Of a DNA stretch of 64,000 bases, positions 17,096-25,831 are shown one piece after another. Position 1 is the first letter of the stretch. Each line of letters begins with the position of its first letter. The DNA lies in NCBI GenBank assembly GCA_902609285.1, contig CACLRL010000001.1, forward strand, positions 15,636 through 79,635. The letters are read 5' to 3'. Made by a program: the position numbers and the translations under genes. The notes under the pieces are model-generated. The model was not told the DNA's origin. It did not search any database and worked only from the letters and a program-made list of their open reading frames with translations. Source of the stretch: an uncultured Candidatus Actinomarina sp. GTDB taxonomy: Bacteria; Actinomycetota; Acidimicrobiia; Actinomarinales; Actinomarinaceae.

Positions 17096-18985
17096 ATGAA
17101 GCCAAAAAATATATCTGATTTTGTAAGCCTGTCTGAAATAAGTAATAACAACAGAGACTTGCTATTAAAGTCCACAAAAATGAACCTCGATAAAAATTCT
17201 TACGAGTCTTCAATATGGAAATTTTCACAAAATCAATGGAGAGAACTAAAGCAATCTTCGTATTGGAATTTTTCAACACCGAAGTACTCAAACAATAAAA
17301 AATCATTTGCATTTATCAAAACACCTAAATCTACTGAAATTTTGGATAAATTAGAAAAGAAAAAAGAATTAGAAAAAAATAAACTTGTTTTTAGAAGTGG
17401 GGGTAAAGAGAAAATAGTATTTGAAACTGTTGATTCTATTGTTAATTATTTTTGGAGTTTTAATGATGAATTTATTTACGTAATAACGAGAGAGTGGTCT
17501 AGTGAATATAAAAAAATTGAAAATAAAACTGACCATCCTCTAGAAATTGATAAATTACCTTTTCGATTTGATACAACAGGAGTTATATGCAATAAAAGAT
17601 TTCATATTTATAAAGTAAAAATTTCTACTGGGAAAAGTCAGAAAATTATAGATGGAGATAAAGAGCTGTTTCTCTCAATATCCTCTCTTCTTGAAATTGA
17701 CTCGGATATGTATTTTATAGCAAGTAAGCATAATCAAGATGGAACGATGCTTGAAGATCAAATTATAAAATTTTCAGATTCACAATTAACAGTTATAAAT
17801 ACAGGTGGAATGTGGAGCCAATTATTTTCTTATCAAGATAATCTATACGGCGTTGGTCTTGATAAGAGACTTGATTGGCCTGCGAATATTAGTATTTTCA
17901 AAATTAACAAAAGGGGTATTGCGAACAAAGTTAGTAATTTTATTGATAGAGGTGTAGTTAAAACAAAAGTTAGTGATAACAAAGTTTACGTTTTGTATGA
18001 AGATTCTGGAAAACAAAGTCTACTTAAAACTGATTTTGAAAGTTTTGAGATTTTATACGATAAACAACTCCTAACCTCTGATTTCTGTGTTAATGGTGAA
18101 GATATTTATGCTCTTGTAAGCTCATTCGATAGAAAAGATGAAGTATATTTAATTAGAAATGATGAGGATGAAAAATTTTCGGACTTTAATAATAATTTTC
18201 ATAATAAAGTAAGGACTCATAGTTGTGTATATGAAAGATTTGAAACTGGAAAATCTCAAATTGATACTTGGGGAATACTTGTAGATATCAATAAACCTAC
18301 TTTGCTAAATATACATGGCGGTCCAGCAAGTCAATATGGATTTGGGTTTTTTGATGAGTTTCAGGTTTTTGCATCTTCTGGTTTTAATGTTGTGGCTTGT
18401 AATCCTCGCGGTTCATCAGGTAGAGGACATAAGTTTGTTAGAGATGTTTGTGGGAACAAATGGGGAGAGAATGACACTTATGACGTAATTAAAAGTTTTG
18501 AAATGATGATAAAAAAGCTTGGAATAAAAAATAAAAACTTTGGAATTATGGGGGGTTCATATGGTGGTTTTATGACTTCGTGGGTAATTAGCCACTATCC
18601 AAAAATGTTTAAATCTGCTGTTGTGGAAAGAGCTTTATTGAACTGGGAGACAATGGTGGGAACTTCAGATATTGGAATTGGATTTCCGGAGATGTATCTC
18701 TTGGATGACCTAAAAAGTAATTTGAATTTATATAGAAAGAAAAGTCCGATCACATATGCAAATAGTATTATTACACCAACACTAATAATCCATTCGGAAA
18801 AAGACTATCGGTGCCCAATTGAGCAGGCTGAACAATTATTTTCAAACCTTAAAAGAAGAGGTGTTTCATCATCCATGATAAGGTTCCCAGATGAAAGTCA
18901 TGAACTTTCTAGATCTGGCAAACCGGAACATAGAGTTCAAAGATTTGATTCAATTATCAATTGGCATAAAAAACAACTTACCTAG
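17096..18985 (+). CDS. S9-family serine peptidase (prolyl oligopeptidase / acylaminoacyl-peptidase-like)
   Basis: N-terminal beta-propeller-like region and a C-terminal catalytic domain with GGSYGGFMT, HSEKDYRCP and ESH. Confidence 0.8.
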   Translation: MKPKNISDFVSLSEISNNNRDLLLKSTKMNLDKNSYESSIWKFSQNQWRELKQSSYWNFSTPKYSNNKKSFAFIKTPKSTEILDKLEKKKELEKNKLVFRSGGKEKIVFETVDSIVNYFWSFNDEFIYVITREWSSEYKKIENKTDHPLEIDKLPFRFDTTGVICNKRFHIYKVKISTGKSQKIIDGDKELFLSISSLLEIDSDMYFIASKHNQDGTMLEDQIIKFSDSQLTVINTGGMWSQLFSYQDNLYGVGLDKRLDWPANISIFKINKRGIANKVSNFIDRGVVKTKVSDNKVYVLYEDSGKQSLLKTDFESFEILYDKQLLTSDFCVNGEDIYALVSSFDRKDEVYLIRNDEDEKFSDFNNNFHNKVRTHSCVYERFETGKSQIDTWGILVDINKPTLLNIHGGPASQYGFGFFDEFQVFASSGFNVVACNPRGSSGRGHKFVRDVCGNKWGENDTYDVIKSFEMMIKKLGIKNKNFGIMGGSYGGFMTSWVISHYPKMFKSAVVERALLNWETMVGTSDIGIGFPEMYLLDDLKSNLNLYRKKSPITYANSIITPTLIIHSEKDYRCPIEQAEQLFSNLKRRGVSSSMIRFPDESHELSRSGKPEHRVQRFDSIINWHKKQLT

Positions 18986-19031
18986 ACAAAATAAATCTAA
19001 AAAATCTAATTAAAGTAAATATCAGGTGACC

Positions 19032-20402
19032 ATGAATGATGAAATTGTTAATCCATTAAAAGGTAAAGAGCTTAGAGATTTAGCCCGTTCTAATCCAGAA
19101 AAGGCTTATAGGCATCTTGAAGAAAATAAACAATTGTGGATTCAAATAGCCACTAAAGATCCTTTTGATTCTGCTGACGCACTTGAAGAATTTGATCCTA
19201 GTGAGGCGGGAAAATTAATTACTGAGCTTCCAACCTTAATATCGGTAAAAATTTTTGAATCCCTACGTCCACGTGCAATTATTGAAATTGTTGAGTCTTT
19301 GGATGAAACAGATGTAGAGGAGATTTTCAAACAAATGGATACAGAAGATGTTGTTGATGTTTTAGAAAGATCTACTGATGATGAAACTGATGAAATTTTA
19401 GAAATTTTAGATAAATCTACAAAACTAAATATAGATAAAAGGTTATCTTATCCAGAAGACTCTGTAGGAAGACAAATGTCTGAAGAAGTAGCAAAAATAT
19501 CAACTGGATTAACTGTTAAAGATGCTCTGAAAGAGCTTAAATCACTTCACAATAATGTAGAAGATTTAATTTATGTATATTCTGTAGATAACGAAAATAA
19601 GCTCACAGGGGTGATTTCTTTTAGAGAAATCGTCTTTGCAAATGAAGACGACTTAATCAAAAATGTAATGATTCAAGATCCAGTATTTGTAAATCCATCA
19701 TCTGATCAGGAGGAGGCAGCAGGTTTAATTAGACAATATGAACTACTAGCTCTCCCAGTAATTGATAAAGATAATAAGTTGATTGGTCAAATAACAATAA
19801 ATTCGGCACTAGATGTTATACAAACAGAAATTGCTGAAGATTTTTCCCAGTCATTTGGTGCAGGGGCTGAAGAAACAATTTTTACTCCTATTCAAAAATC
19901 AATACGTTCTCGACTTCCATGGATAGCAATAAATATGTTATTGGCTTTTATTGTATCGTTTTTAATATTCCAATTTGAGGAAACAATTACTAATAACGTA
20001 TTACTGGCTGCTTTGATGCCGGTAGTTGCATTGATTGGGGGAAGTTCTGGTGCTCAGTCTTTAGCAATTGTAATAAGAGCTTTGGCAAGAAATGATGTTT
20101 CTGAGGCAAGAGTTTTTGAAGTAATTGGAAAACAAACACTTATTGGAATCATAAATGGCATCTTAGTAGGCATTTTTTCATTTCTTATATTGAGCTTTGT
20201 TGGTTTAGGTGATTTTTCTTTGGCTTTAGGTTTTGCTGTTTTTACTAATATATTTATTGGAAATTTGTTTGGCTCATCAATACCTTTGATACTAAAAAAA
20301 CTAGGATTCGATCCAGCATTAGCGTCAAATATATTTCTAACATTAGTAACCGATATTGCAGGTTTTGGTGGCTTTCTTGCCATTGCACTTATGTTGTTGT
20401 AA
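19032..20402 (+). CDS. mgtE: magnesium transporter MgtE
   Basis: MgtE N-domain, a tandem CBS pair and a 5-TM C-terminal domain. The ATG at 19032 is preceded by AGGTGA. GTG at 19026 is an alternative start. Confidence 0.85.
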   Translation: MNDEIVNPLKGKELRDLARSNPEKAYRHLEENKQLWIQIATKDPFDSADALEEFDPSEAGKLITELPTLISVKIFESLRPRAIIEIVESLDETDVEEIFKQMDTEDVVDVLERSTDDETDEILEILDKSTKLNIDKRLSYPEDSVGRQMSEEVAKISTGLTVKDALKELKSLHNNVEDLIYVYSVDNENKLTGVISFREIVFANEDDLIKNVMIQDPVFVNPSSDQEEAAGLIRQYELLALPVIDKDNKLIGQITINSALDVIQTEIAEDFSQSFGAGAEETIFTPIQKSIRSRLPWIAINMLLAFIVSFLIFQFEETITNNVLLAALMPVVALIGGSSGAQSLAIVIRALARNDVSEARVFEVIGKQTLIGIINGILVGIFSFLILSFVGLGDFSLALGFAVFTNIFIGNLFGSSIPLILKKLGFDPALASNIFLTLVTDIAGFGGFLAIALMLL

Positions 20403-20405
20403 CTT

Positions 20406-21647
20406 CTAAGTTGGCTCTCTGTAAATTAATCTTGTGCCTTTTTTATTAAAAAGGTATGAAAATATCCACTCAATAACAACTAATATTTTTGATCTATATC
20501 CTATTAAATACAGAATATGAATTGCGCTCCAAAAAAGCCAAGCTAAAAAACCAGATACTTCTATATTCCCAATTTTACCTATCGCCTTGTACCTTCCCAC
20601 CGTTGCCATCATTCCTTTATCGTTGTATCTAAAGGGTTTTCTATCTTTCTTAATTGTTTTACTCTTTATAATTTTTGCGAGATATTTCCCCTGCTGGATT
20701 GCTACTGGGGCAATGCCTGGAAGAGTGTTATTTTTTTTATCTTTATAATTAGCGGCGTCCCCAATAACAAAAACGTTTCCATCGTCTTTAAGTGAACAAT
20801 CTGGATCAACAATTGCCCTGCCTTCATTATCTGTTTTTGTATTTAACTTCTTAATTATTGGACTTGCTTCGTTGCCTGCTGCCCATACAACATTGTCAGT
20901 ATGTATTTCTTCTTTGTCAGTCTTAACTAAATCATTTTCTATTTTTACAACTTTCTCATTTGTCCTAACTTCAACTCCAAAATCTTCAAGGTACTTTTTA
21001 GCCTTTTCCGAAAGTCTGTCACTATACATTGGAAGGATTTTTTCAGTAGCTTCAATTAGATAAACATTGGCATCAGAACTTTTAAAATTTCTAAACTCTT
21101 CTTTCATGTTATTAAATGCAATCTCAGCTATCGAACCGGCCATTTCTACTCCAGTAGGTCCACCACCAACAACAACAAAATTTAAATACTTTGCTCTTTT
21201 TTCAATATTTTTTTCATTCTCGGCTTTTTCAAATGCCCTCAATAATCTTTCACGAATTTGTAAAGCATCATTAATACCTTTAAGTCCATTTGAATATTTA
21301 GACCAGTCTTCATTACCAAAATAAGAATGTTTCGACCCAGTACTTACAATAAGTTGATCATACTTTATATTCTCACCATTTGATAGGGTCACAGTCTTTT
21401 CATGACGATTAATGTCTGTGGCTTCATCTAATATAACTTTTACATTTTTGTAATTTTTAAACATTCTTCTGATAGGAAAAGCAATATTAGCTGGAGATAA
21501 AACTGCGGTTGCAACCTGATAGAGTAACGGTTGAAATAAATGATGATTTTGCTTATCTATAAGGGTGAATTGAATTTTGCTACTTCTAGCCCTCTGAAGA
21601 AATTTAAGTCCTCCAAAACCACCACCGATTACAACTACATTTAACAT
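20406..21647 (-). CDS. ndh: type II NADH dehydrogenase (NDH-2)
   Basis: Two GxGxxG folds (VIGGGFGG, VVGGGPTGVE) and a C-terminal membrane-anchoring helix. Confidence 0.85.
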   Translation of the reverse strand: MLNVVVIGGGFGGLKFLQRARSSKIQFTLIDKQNHHLFQPLLYQVATAVLSPANIAFPIRRMFKNYKNVKVILDEATDINRHEKTVTLSNGENIKYDQLIVSTGSKHSYFGNEDWSKYSNGLKGINDALQIRERLLRAFEKAENEKNIEKRAKYLNFVVVGGGPTGVEMAGSIAEIAFNNMKEEFRNFKSSDANVYLIEATEKILPMYSDRLSEKAKKYLEDFGVEVRTNEKVVKIENDLVKTDKEEIHTDNVVWAAGNEASPIIKKLNTKTDNEGRAIVDPDCSLKDDGNVFVIGDAANYKDKKNNTLPGIAPVAIQQGKYLAKIIKSKTIKKDRKPFRYNDKGMMATVGRYKAIGKIGNIEVSGFLAWLFWSAIHILYLIGYRSKILVVIEWIFSYLFNKKGTRLIYREPT

Positions 21648-21676
21648 ATATTAAATTATAAAACTTTGCTGATTAA

Positions 21677-22177
21677 TCAGTGATCTCTAGACCTAGAGGT
21701 TTTAGTCATTGTTTTTTCTAGCTTCCCGTTCTTGAATTCAAAAGAGTCGACTCCTTCAACAAGATGTTTGCCTTGTTGGGATTTCTGGGATATTACCTGT
21801 ACCTTCATTCCCTCAAAAGGTGAAATTAAGGTAATTGAGTGTTGTCTAAAATTTTTAGATGATTGATCTCTTCTGATTACATCACTTATCATATAAGGCG
21901 ATTCCCAAGACCACTCATCATCAATAACTATAAACTTACAAATATGGCGAGTTTTAGTTTTATCAATTCTTGCTCCAGGACAAATAATTAAAGAATTATC
22001 AATCCATGGATTGAGTCCGACACCATCAATTTTTGGAAAACCTATATTGAATGAATTATCTATTATTTCTTCAATATCTCCCTTTTCAAGATTTCTTTTT
22101 TTTATAATTTCAGTAATTTGATTCTGAAGATCAAAAAGCTCTACATCTTCCAAGTTTTCAATTTTATTAAGGTCCAT
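21677..22177 (-). CDS. hypothetical protein
   Basis: 166-aa ORF with no motif I can recognise. Confidence 0.5.
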   Translation of the reverse strand: MDLNKIENLEDVELFDLQNQITEIIKKRNLEKGDIEEIIDNSFNIGFPKIDGVGLNPWIDNSLIICPGARIDKTKTRHICKFIVIDDEWSWESPYMISDVIRRDQSSKNFRQHSITLISPFEGMKVQVISQKSQQGKHLVEGVDSFEFKNGKLEKTMTKTSRSRDH

Positions 22178-22214
22178 AATTCAATATAAGTATTTTATTG
22201 TGACAATAATAAAG

Positions 22215-22358
22215 TTACTCTTCTTCAGTGACAAAAACATGTTTTTGATTAAATTTAGCGATATCCATCCTAATTATCCCAACCACAAATATTGTCAGCG
22301 TCACTACAGGAAATATAAGTACTAACGTTAATGGATTTGATGTTAATGTTTCAATCAT
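22215..22358 (-). CDS. possible 47-aa single-TM mini-protein
   Basis: MIETLTSNPLTLVLIFPVVTLTIFVVGIIRMDIAKFNQKHVFVTEEE. It is below the ORF-track cutoff. Confidence 0.3.
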   Translation of the reverse strand: MIETLTSNPLTLVLIFPVVTLTIFVVGIIRMDIAKFNQKHVFVTEEE

Positions 22359-22412
22359 ATAAATTAATATTAATAATCGTGTTAAATTATAATATAAACT
22401 GAAAGGATATAA

Positions 22413-22571
22413 ATGATAAAGTTAGGTTTATACGCAAGTATTGTTTCTGTTGTTGCATCTGTAATTATTTACGTTGTTTTGGATGACTCTCAGCTTGCAA
22501 TATATATTGGATTATGGGCTCCTACATTAATTTTGTACAGCCAAGCATATGAAAGAGCAAACCAAGAGTAA
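22413..22571 (+). CDS. possible 52-aa two-TM mini-protein
   Basis: SD AAAGGA lies 5 nt upstream. The sequence is MIKLGLYASIVSVVASVIIYVVLDDSQLAIYIGLWAPTLILYSQAYERANQE. Confidence 0.4.
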   Translation: MIKLGLYASIVSVVASVIIYVVLDDSQLAIYIGLWAPTLILYSQAYERANQE

Positions 22572-22611
22572 CTAATTAGGTAAAACTTTTTATTATTACT
22601 AGGATTCAACT

Positions 22612-22719
22612 ATGAGTAGATTAGAAAAACGTACCTTCTGGAGTTTTATGGGTGTAGCTTTTGTATTGCATATGTACCTAGTAATCGATTCAATGGGGCT
22701 TCTCACAATTTCGTTGTGA
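22612..22719 (+). CDS. 35-aa mini membrane protein, tandem paralog A
   Basis: MSRLEKRTFWSFMGVAFVLHMYLVIDSMGLLTISL. Its stop overlaps the GTG of paralog B (GTGA). Confidence 0.4.
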   Translation: MSRLEKRTFWSFMGVAFVLHMYLVIDSMGLLTISL

Positions 22720-22811
22720 GTAAATTAGAAAAAAGACTCTTCTGGTCTTTTATATTTCTAACATTTTTATTGCATCTCTATTTGGTGGTAAATTTAGTAC
22801 TTCGTGGTTAG
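22716..22811 (+). CDS. 31-aa mini membrane protein, tandem paralog B
   Basis: (M)SKLEKRLFWSFIFLTFLLHLYLVVNLVLRG. It shares MS+LEKRxFWSF...LHxYLV with paralog A and overlaps the start of the next gene. Confidence 0.4.
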   Translation: MSKLEKRLFWSFIFLTFLLHLYLVVNLVLRG

Positions 22812-23268
22812 AAAAAATTTAAAATTTTTTATAATTTGTCTTCTTTTTATTAGTTGTAATCAATCAGAACCTGAAGTTAAATCTGTAGAAATAAGAGAAC
22901 CAGAAGAGATATTGGTTGAAATTATGGAAAGTTACCAAAACTTTTCTAAAAATCCAGATAAATCTGTAGAAATTATTTGGAATAATGCTCATAAAGATAA
23001 TAAAGAAGTGACAGGTCCAATTGACAGATTCAAATTGATGCTTACCTCTGAACCATATAATTCAATAATTGATTTAACTGATTATTCATATGAGACTATC
23101 CAAAAAGATAGTGAAACGGTCCACTACGAAATAAAAATATTAAATAACAAAAATGAATATTTTATTGTTACTTGGGTGTTTGTACTTGATGAATGTGAGC
23201 TTAGTAGCGGGATGTGTTGGCAGACAATAGGAGTAAGCCCTCCTGCATATTTTGATTCTGGTATTTAA
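22804..23268 (+). CDS. hypothetical lipoprotein
   Basis: Signal peptide with lipobox LFISC (MVRKNLKFFIICLLFISCNQ). GTG start overlaps the preceding mini-ORF. Confidence 0.55.
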   Translation: MVRKNLKFFIICLLFISCNQSEPEVKSVEIREPEEILVEIMESYQNFSKNPDKSVEIIWNNAHKDNKEVTGPIDRFKLMLTSEPYNSIIDLTDYSYETIQKDSETVHYEIKILNNKNEYFIVTWVFVLDECELSSGMCWQTIGVSPPAYFDSGI

Positions 23269-23292
23269 TAAGTATTTTTGAAGATTAATTTC

Positions 23293-23427
23293 TTAATCGC
23301 GGGGATCATTTATTGTTATTGAGACATAAACAGTATATGCAACTCCTGAGACCAAAGCTGCAGCAGCCACAAACTTAATTAATAAATTAGAACTCGTAAA
23401 CATACTGCTTTTCATGGGTTCTGACAT
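23293..23427 (-). CDS. possible 44-aa single-TM mini-protein at the end of the ABC/lipoprotein operon
   Basis: MSEPMKSSMFTSSNLLIKFVAAAALVSGVAYTVYVSITINDPRD. It starts 18 nt after the upstream stop and has no SD. Confidence 0.25.
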   Translation of the reverse strand: MSEPMKSSMFTSSNLLIKFVAAAALVSGVAYTVYVSITINDPRD

Positions 23428-23445
23428 TATTTAATACTACTATGT

Positions 23446-24078
23446 TTATTCATCTAAATTTTCTAGAGGGTTTTCCGGTTGGCAAATCTCGAATGCTTCT
23501 TGAACGTCATCTGAAGTCCACTCTATTTCTGCATCTCTAAATGCAAAAAATCCAAATTCACCAGGTGTTGGATCAGGAAAATTACTAATTCCTTCCTCTC
23601 TCATGCACTGAGAAAACTCTAAAGATGCGTCTACTAGTGCTGCTTCAACCTCAGGATCTAAATCAAATTGTTCTGGAAGCGCATTTCTTAGAATATCTTC
23701 ACAATTAGTGAAAGCTTCTTCAAATTCGTCTTCATTCTCCACATCAACATTATCAAACTGAGGGTTACCGTCAATATCAAAGGTTGGATCTGGAAAATTA
23801 ATACCCTCTTCTCTCATGCATTGTGCAAAGTCCAAGACTCCTTCTTCGAAAGTAACCTCATCAAATATTGTTGTTGAAACGGTGTTTTCATCAATAGAAA
23901 CAACACCTTTTGTTTCTTCTTCGCCGATAGTGCATGCACTCAGAACAAGAACAATTGTAAAAAGTGCTACTTTCTTACTGCCTCTGCTGGTTGAATTTTT
24001 GACGCTTTTATTGCTGGATAAACTCCAGATATTGCTCCAATTAATAATGCTAAAAATACTGCTCCTAAAATTTGCCAT
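23446..24078 (-). CDS. acidic 4-Cys lipoprotein paralog P1 (start codon uncertain)
   Basis: Lipobox LVLSAC, a GVVS motif after the Cys, and two repeats of xQCMREEGIxxFPDP...C. The only in-frame ATG/GTG/TTG is 112 nt inside the upstream permease gene. Confidence 0.6.
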   Translation of the reverse strand: MANFRSSIFSIINWSNIWSLSSNKSVKNSTSRGSKKVALFTIVLVLSACTIGEEETKGVVSIDENTVSTTIFDEVTFEEGVLDFAQCMREEGINFPDPTFDIDGNPQFDNVDVENEDEFEEAFTNCEDILRNALPEQFDLDPEVEAALVDASLEFSQCMREEGISNFPDPTPGEFGFFAFRDAEIEWTSDDVQEAFEICQPENPLENLDE

Positions 24079-25151
24079 ACAGGTATTGAGAATACAATAT
24101 TTGTGTAGTTAGTATAAGCCAAAGTAATAACAGCACCTAAACCAACACCTACTAGGCCACCGATTCCAGACAAAACGATACTCTCAAGTAGAAACTGATA
24201 CCTTATTTCTCTTCTTGTTGCTCCTATTGATCTTCTAACGCCTATTTCCATTCTTCGCTCAAGAACTGACATAACCATAACATTTGCTATTGCTACACCA
24301 CCAACTAAAAGCGCTACGGAGCCTAAACCTAATAATAAATTTGTAAATGCTTCCTCAGCAGCTTGTTGAGCTTCAAGTGCGTCTGATGGCCTTGTAACTT
24401 CCACTTGGTCTGGGTTTTCCGGATTCATAGAAGGTGCCAGAACTTCAACTACGTCTTCTATAAAAGTTGGATTTGCTCTTAAATAAATTGTTGTTGGCTC
24501 TTCGTCGATATCAAAAAGAGTTTTTGCGACTCCATATCCAATAAAAACTGATCTATCTAAGTCAGGATGTATCTTCAGCTCTTCTAATATACCAACTACT
24601 CCAAACCATTCATTATCAATAAGTATTTTGCTTGGCGTTGAGAGATTGGTTATACCTAATCTTTGTGCCGTTACACTTCCTAAAACAGTTACTGGTATAT
24701 CAGATAAATCATTACTTATAAATCTACCTTCAATTAAGTTTCCACCTATTACGTCTAAAAGCTCTGCACTAGTAATTATTGTTGATATTCCTCCACCTTC
24801 AAATTCTGATATAAAGTCACTTCTACGAACTAGTAAATCAGTCTGAGTTGTAGATGTTACTTCTTCAACTGGTCCAATTCTTTCAACCATTCCTAGAACT
24901 CCTTTTGGTAGTTCTTCCTGGGTTCCAAAAAATCCTGCTTGAGGAGAAGCTTTTACTAGATTTGTTCCAAGTGATTCAAGAGTTGATAGTAAGTCAGCTC
25001 TTCCAGATGCTGATATTCCAGAAACTGCGACTATTGCAGCTATTCCAATTCCAATTCCAATAGATGTAAGAGTAGCTCTGCCTTTTCTTGCACGAACTCC
25101 ATAAAGTGCAACAAAAAATAAATCTCTAGTTCTTAGTTTTTTTCTTTTCAT
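23967..25151 (-). CDS. MacB/FtsX-type ABC transporter permease
   Basis: N-terminal TM, a large extracytoplasmic MacB-PCD-like domain and a C-terminal FtsX 3-TM bundle. Confidence 0.85.
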   Translation of the reverse strand: MKRKKLRTRDLFFVALYGVRARKGRATLTSIGIGIGIAAIVAVSGISASGRADLLSTLESLGTNLVKASPQAGFFGTQEELPKGVLGMVERIGPVEEVTSTTQTDLLVRRSDFISEFEGGGISTIITSAELLDVIGGNLIEGRFISNDLSDIPVTVLGSVTAQRLGITNLSTPSKILIDNEWFGVVGILEELKIHPDLDRSVFIGYGVAKTLFDIDEEPTTIYLRANPTFIEDVVEVLAPSMNPENPDQVEVTRPSDALEAQQAAEEAFTNLLLGLGSVALLVGGVAIANVMVMSVLERRMEIGVRRSIGATRREIRYQFLLESIVLSGIGGLVGVGLGAVITLAYTNYTNIVFSIPVWQILGAVFLALLIGAISGVYPAIKASKIQPAEAVRK

Positions 25152-25153
25152 TT

Positions 25154-25831
25154 TTACACAATTTTTCCATCAACCAATTCAATTACTTTTTTAAACATAT
25201 TTGCATGCTCTTGATTGTGAGTAATCATAATTACAGTTTTTCCTTGGTTGTTAAGTTCTTTTAAGATATTTAAAATATTTATTCCTGATTCTTTATCTAA
25301 ATTTCCGGTTGGTTCATCTGCTAAAACAAATGCTGGGTCTTGTACTAGCGCTCTAGCAATAGCAACTCTTTGTTGCTGGCCACCAGAAAGTTCTTTAGGA
25401 AGGTGGCTTAACCTATCACCGAGTCCTACTTGTTCTAAAACCTCTCCAGCTTTTTCTAGCCTTTCTGACCTTGAAATCCCTTGATATAGTAGTCCTTCTG
25501 CAACATTCTCTTGTGCGGTCAATCCAGGTAAAAGAAAAAAGCTTTGAAAAATGAACCCTATTTTTTCGCCTCTAAATTTAGAAAGTTCATTATCTGTTAG
25601 CTCAGATATATCTTTGCCTTCTATTTCAATTGAACCACCAGAAACACTGTCCAATAAGCCAATCATATTTAATAAAGTTGATTTTCCACTTCCAGATTGT
25701 CCAACAATTGCTACCAGATCTCCTTCTTTAACGTTTAAAGAAACTCCATCTAGTGCTTTTACAGGAGGTGGCCCTTCATAAACTTTGGAAATATTATTGA
25801 TTGAAATTACAGTTTTTGTATCGGTTTTCAT
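25154..25831 (-). CDS. ABC transporter ATP-binding protein (MacB/LolD class)
   Basis: Walker A GQSGSGKST, signature LSGGQQQRVAIARAL and Walker B FVLADEPTGNLD. Confidence 0.9.
   Translation of the reverse strand: MKTDTKTVISINNISKVYEGPPPVKALDGVSLNVKEGDLVAIVGQSGSGKSTLLNMIGLLDSVSGGSIEIEGKDISELTDNELSKFRGEKIGFIFQSFFLLPGLTAQENVAEGLLYQGISRSERLEKAGEVLEQVGLGDRLSHLPKELSGGQQQRVAIARALVQDPAFVLADEPTGNLDKESGINILNILKELNNQGKTVIMITHNQEHANMFKKVIELVDGKIV

Noticed and set aside
17061-17312. 83-aa minus-strand ORF at the ThiV-like/S9 peptidase junction.
   Set aside because: It is antisense to the 5' end of the peptidase gene and the 3' end of the permease, and has no supporting signals.
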